Assembly (NCBI GenBank): GCA_002269645.1
Contig: NIVC01003058.1
Location: forward strand, 58,317 to 122,316
From: Macrostomum lignano
Lineage: Eukaryota
Direction of reading: 5' to 3'
DNA length: 64,000 bases
Numbering within the stretch: position 1 is the stretch's first letter; each line of letters opens with the position of its first letter. The notes under the pieces were generated by a model that worked only from the letters and a program-made list of their open reading frames with translations, was not told the origin of the DNA and made no database searches. This document shows, in pieces, positions 62,645 to 64,000 of the stretch. Made by a program: the position numbers and the translations under genes.

Positions 62645-64000
62645 CTGAAAATGAGAATTTAAGGGATGAAATAGAAGTAGGGAACTAGCCGGGTATTAGG
62701 ATGTAGATAGATGGGGATTTTAACTTTATGGCGTGTGAGTGGCCTTCCTGGGGGTTTCTTCCTTTCTTCATTCCCTCTCCTTCTCTTGAGCTCTAGGTGA
62801 TCAAGTAGTGGTAGCCTTCTTCCCCGCCTTCTTTTAATGATACACCTCTAAGTGATGGCAGTTTTTCGTCTTCCTCTCCTCTGGTAGAAGGCAAATGGTG
62901 GCAGTTTTCCTAGCAACCTCTCTCAAAATGGTGGCTGATCCTCCTTTTCTTTTCTTTGTAATGCGCCAAGGTGGTGGTAGGTTCCCCTTTCTCTTTTATA
63001 ATAGTACATCAAACTGGTGGCAGTCAAATTAATGATTAATTCCTCTTTCAAACTCTTTCGGCTGTTAAGTTTTTGAGGGTTTCGGAGATGTGAATGAGGC
63101 CTGTGTGTGTGTTTCTGTGTGTGCCACTATTTTTAATTTCACTATTTTTCTAATAAAAACTTGTTTTTCTAATATGCCACCTTTTACTAATAATATACGA
63201 GTCTTTGTTGTGCGTCAATCAAATTCATAAAATAAGTCTGTGTTGGCCTCTCACTCTTAGTACCGTAAGAAAAGACATATTGTATACTACAGTTGGCTCA
63301 GTTTAATATGAAAGGCATGACGAAGTGGGTGGATTTCGTTTAACGTATAGGCGAAAGGAAATCAGGTTGGTGATGGGACTTACCGAGTAGTTGTATAGTT
63401 TGGAAAATCGCGCTGAGTGCCTTGGTTGGAAACTGCGACTCCGTGTAGGTTGCAGGCAGCCGGCTCCCGTTATCAGTGGCGCCTTTTATACAGTGGCCAG
63501 CGCACGGCGCGGCGCCTCCCAGCCTACAACCGATCGCCCCGAAGCCCTCTGACTGGCTGAAGCGGGGTCCGAGCCTTCAAGGACGCTAGGCCTCCGTGCG
63601 GTTGAACTCCCGGCGAAATTAGCTTATTAATTTACTGCGCTGCATTAGTATTTTTCCCCTGTGTAATCGTCATTCTCCCCGAGGCTCTGCCCTTGGCTGT
63701 GTGCTAGCAACCCTTCCCCCCCTTCTTTTTCCCCACTTCCCTCACCCTTCCCCGTTTCCTCTCTTTCCCAGCTGCGCTTCTATCCAATTATGATAATTTA
63801 TTGTTGACAATTCGCTATTTTCTCCCTACTATTGCGCTGTCTGTGTTTCCCCCCTCCCACTTTAGCCACCAAACAGTTGAAAAAATTCTGTATTGCACTC
63901 AACCTATGTATCTCGTTTTGTGAATTTATTGCTATCCCTCTATTTTCGCGCCTTTTTCCATTCCCGCTCGCGGTTTGTTAATTCTGTGATTTCACGTTCG

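Overview
Eukaryotic (animal) genomic DNA with GT-AG introns. Gly/Gln/Ala homopolymer-rich proteins, satellite-filled introns and the RTE repeat type suggest a free-living flatworm such as Macrostomum; this taxon call is an inference, not verified. From 2.3 to 49.8 kb every host gene lies on the + strand: COP9 signalosome subunit 1 (5 exons), a complete 16-exon WDFY3/ALFY (about 3641 aa, BEACH-WD40-FYVE) with an intronless LSM14 gene nested on the same strand in intron 2, cyclophilin E (PPIE), two tandemly duplicated C2H2 zinc-finger genes flanking TM2D2, and a third C2H2 gene. Almost every long intron is filled by its own tandem repeat. A minus-strand gene (52.6-54.7 kb) encodes a kinase-less PAN + ALK/LTK glycine-rich-domain protein with a 13-nt frameshifting duplication. 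The last 9 kb hold a Ty3/gypsy-type LTR element with a 2.2-kb LTR carrying a dense bZIP/Sox-type motif cluster, a perfect 18-nt tRNA-Leu PBS, a 2.35-kb leader, gag, an in-phase -1 frameshift signal and a protease. No RT/RNaseH/integrase follows within the window; instead there is an antisense spliced ORF and an array of six PBS-like motifs. Two host genes lack their own start codon but have in-frame splice acceptors, consistent with a start supplied by the AUG-terminated flatworm spliced leader.
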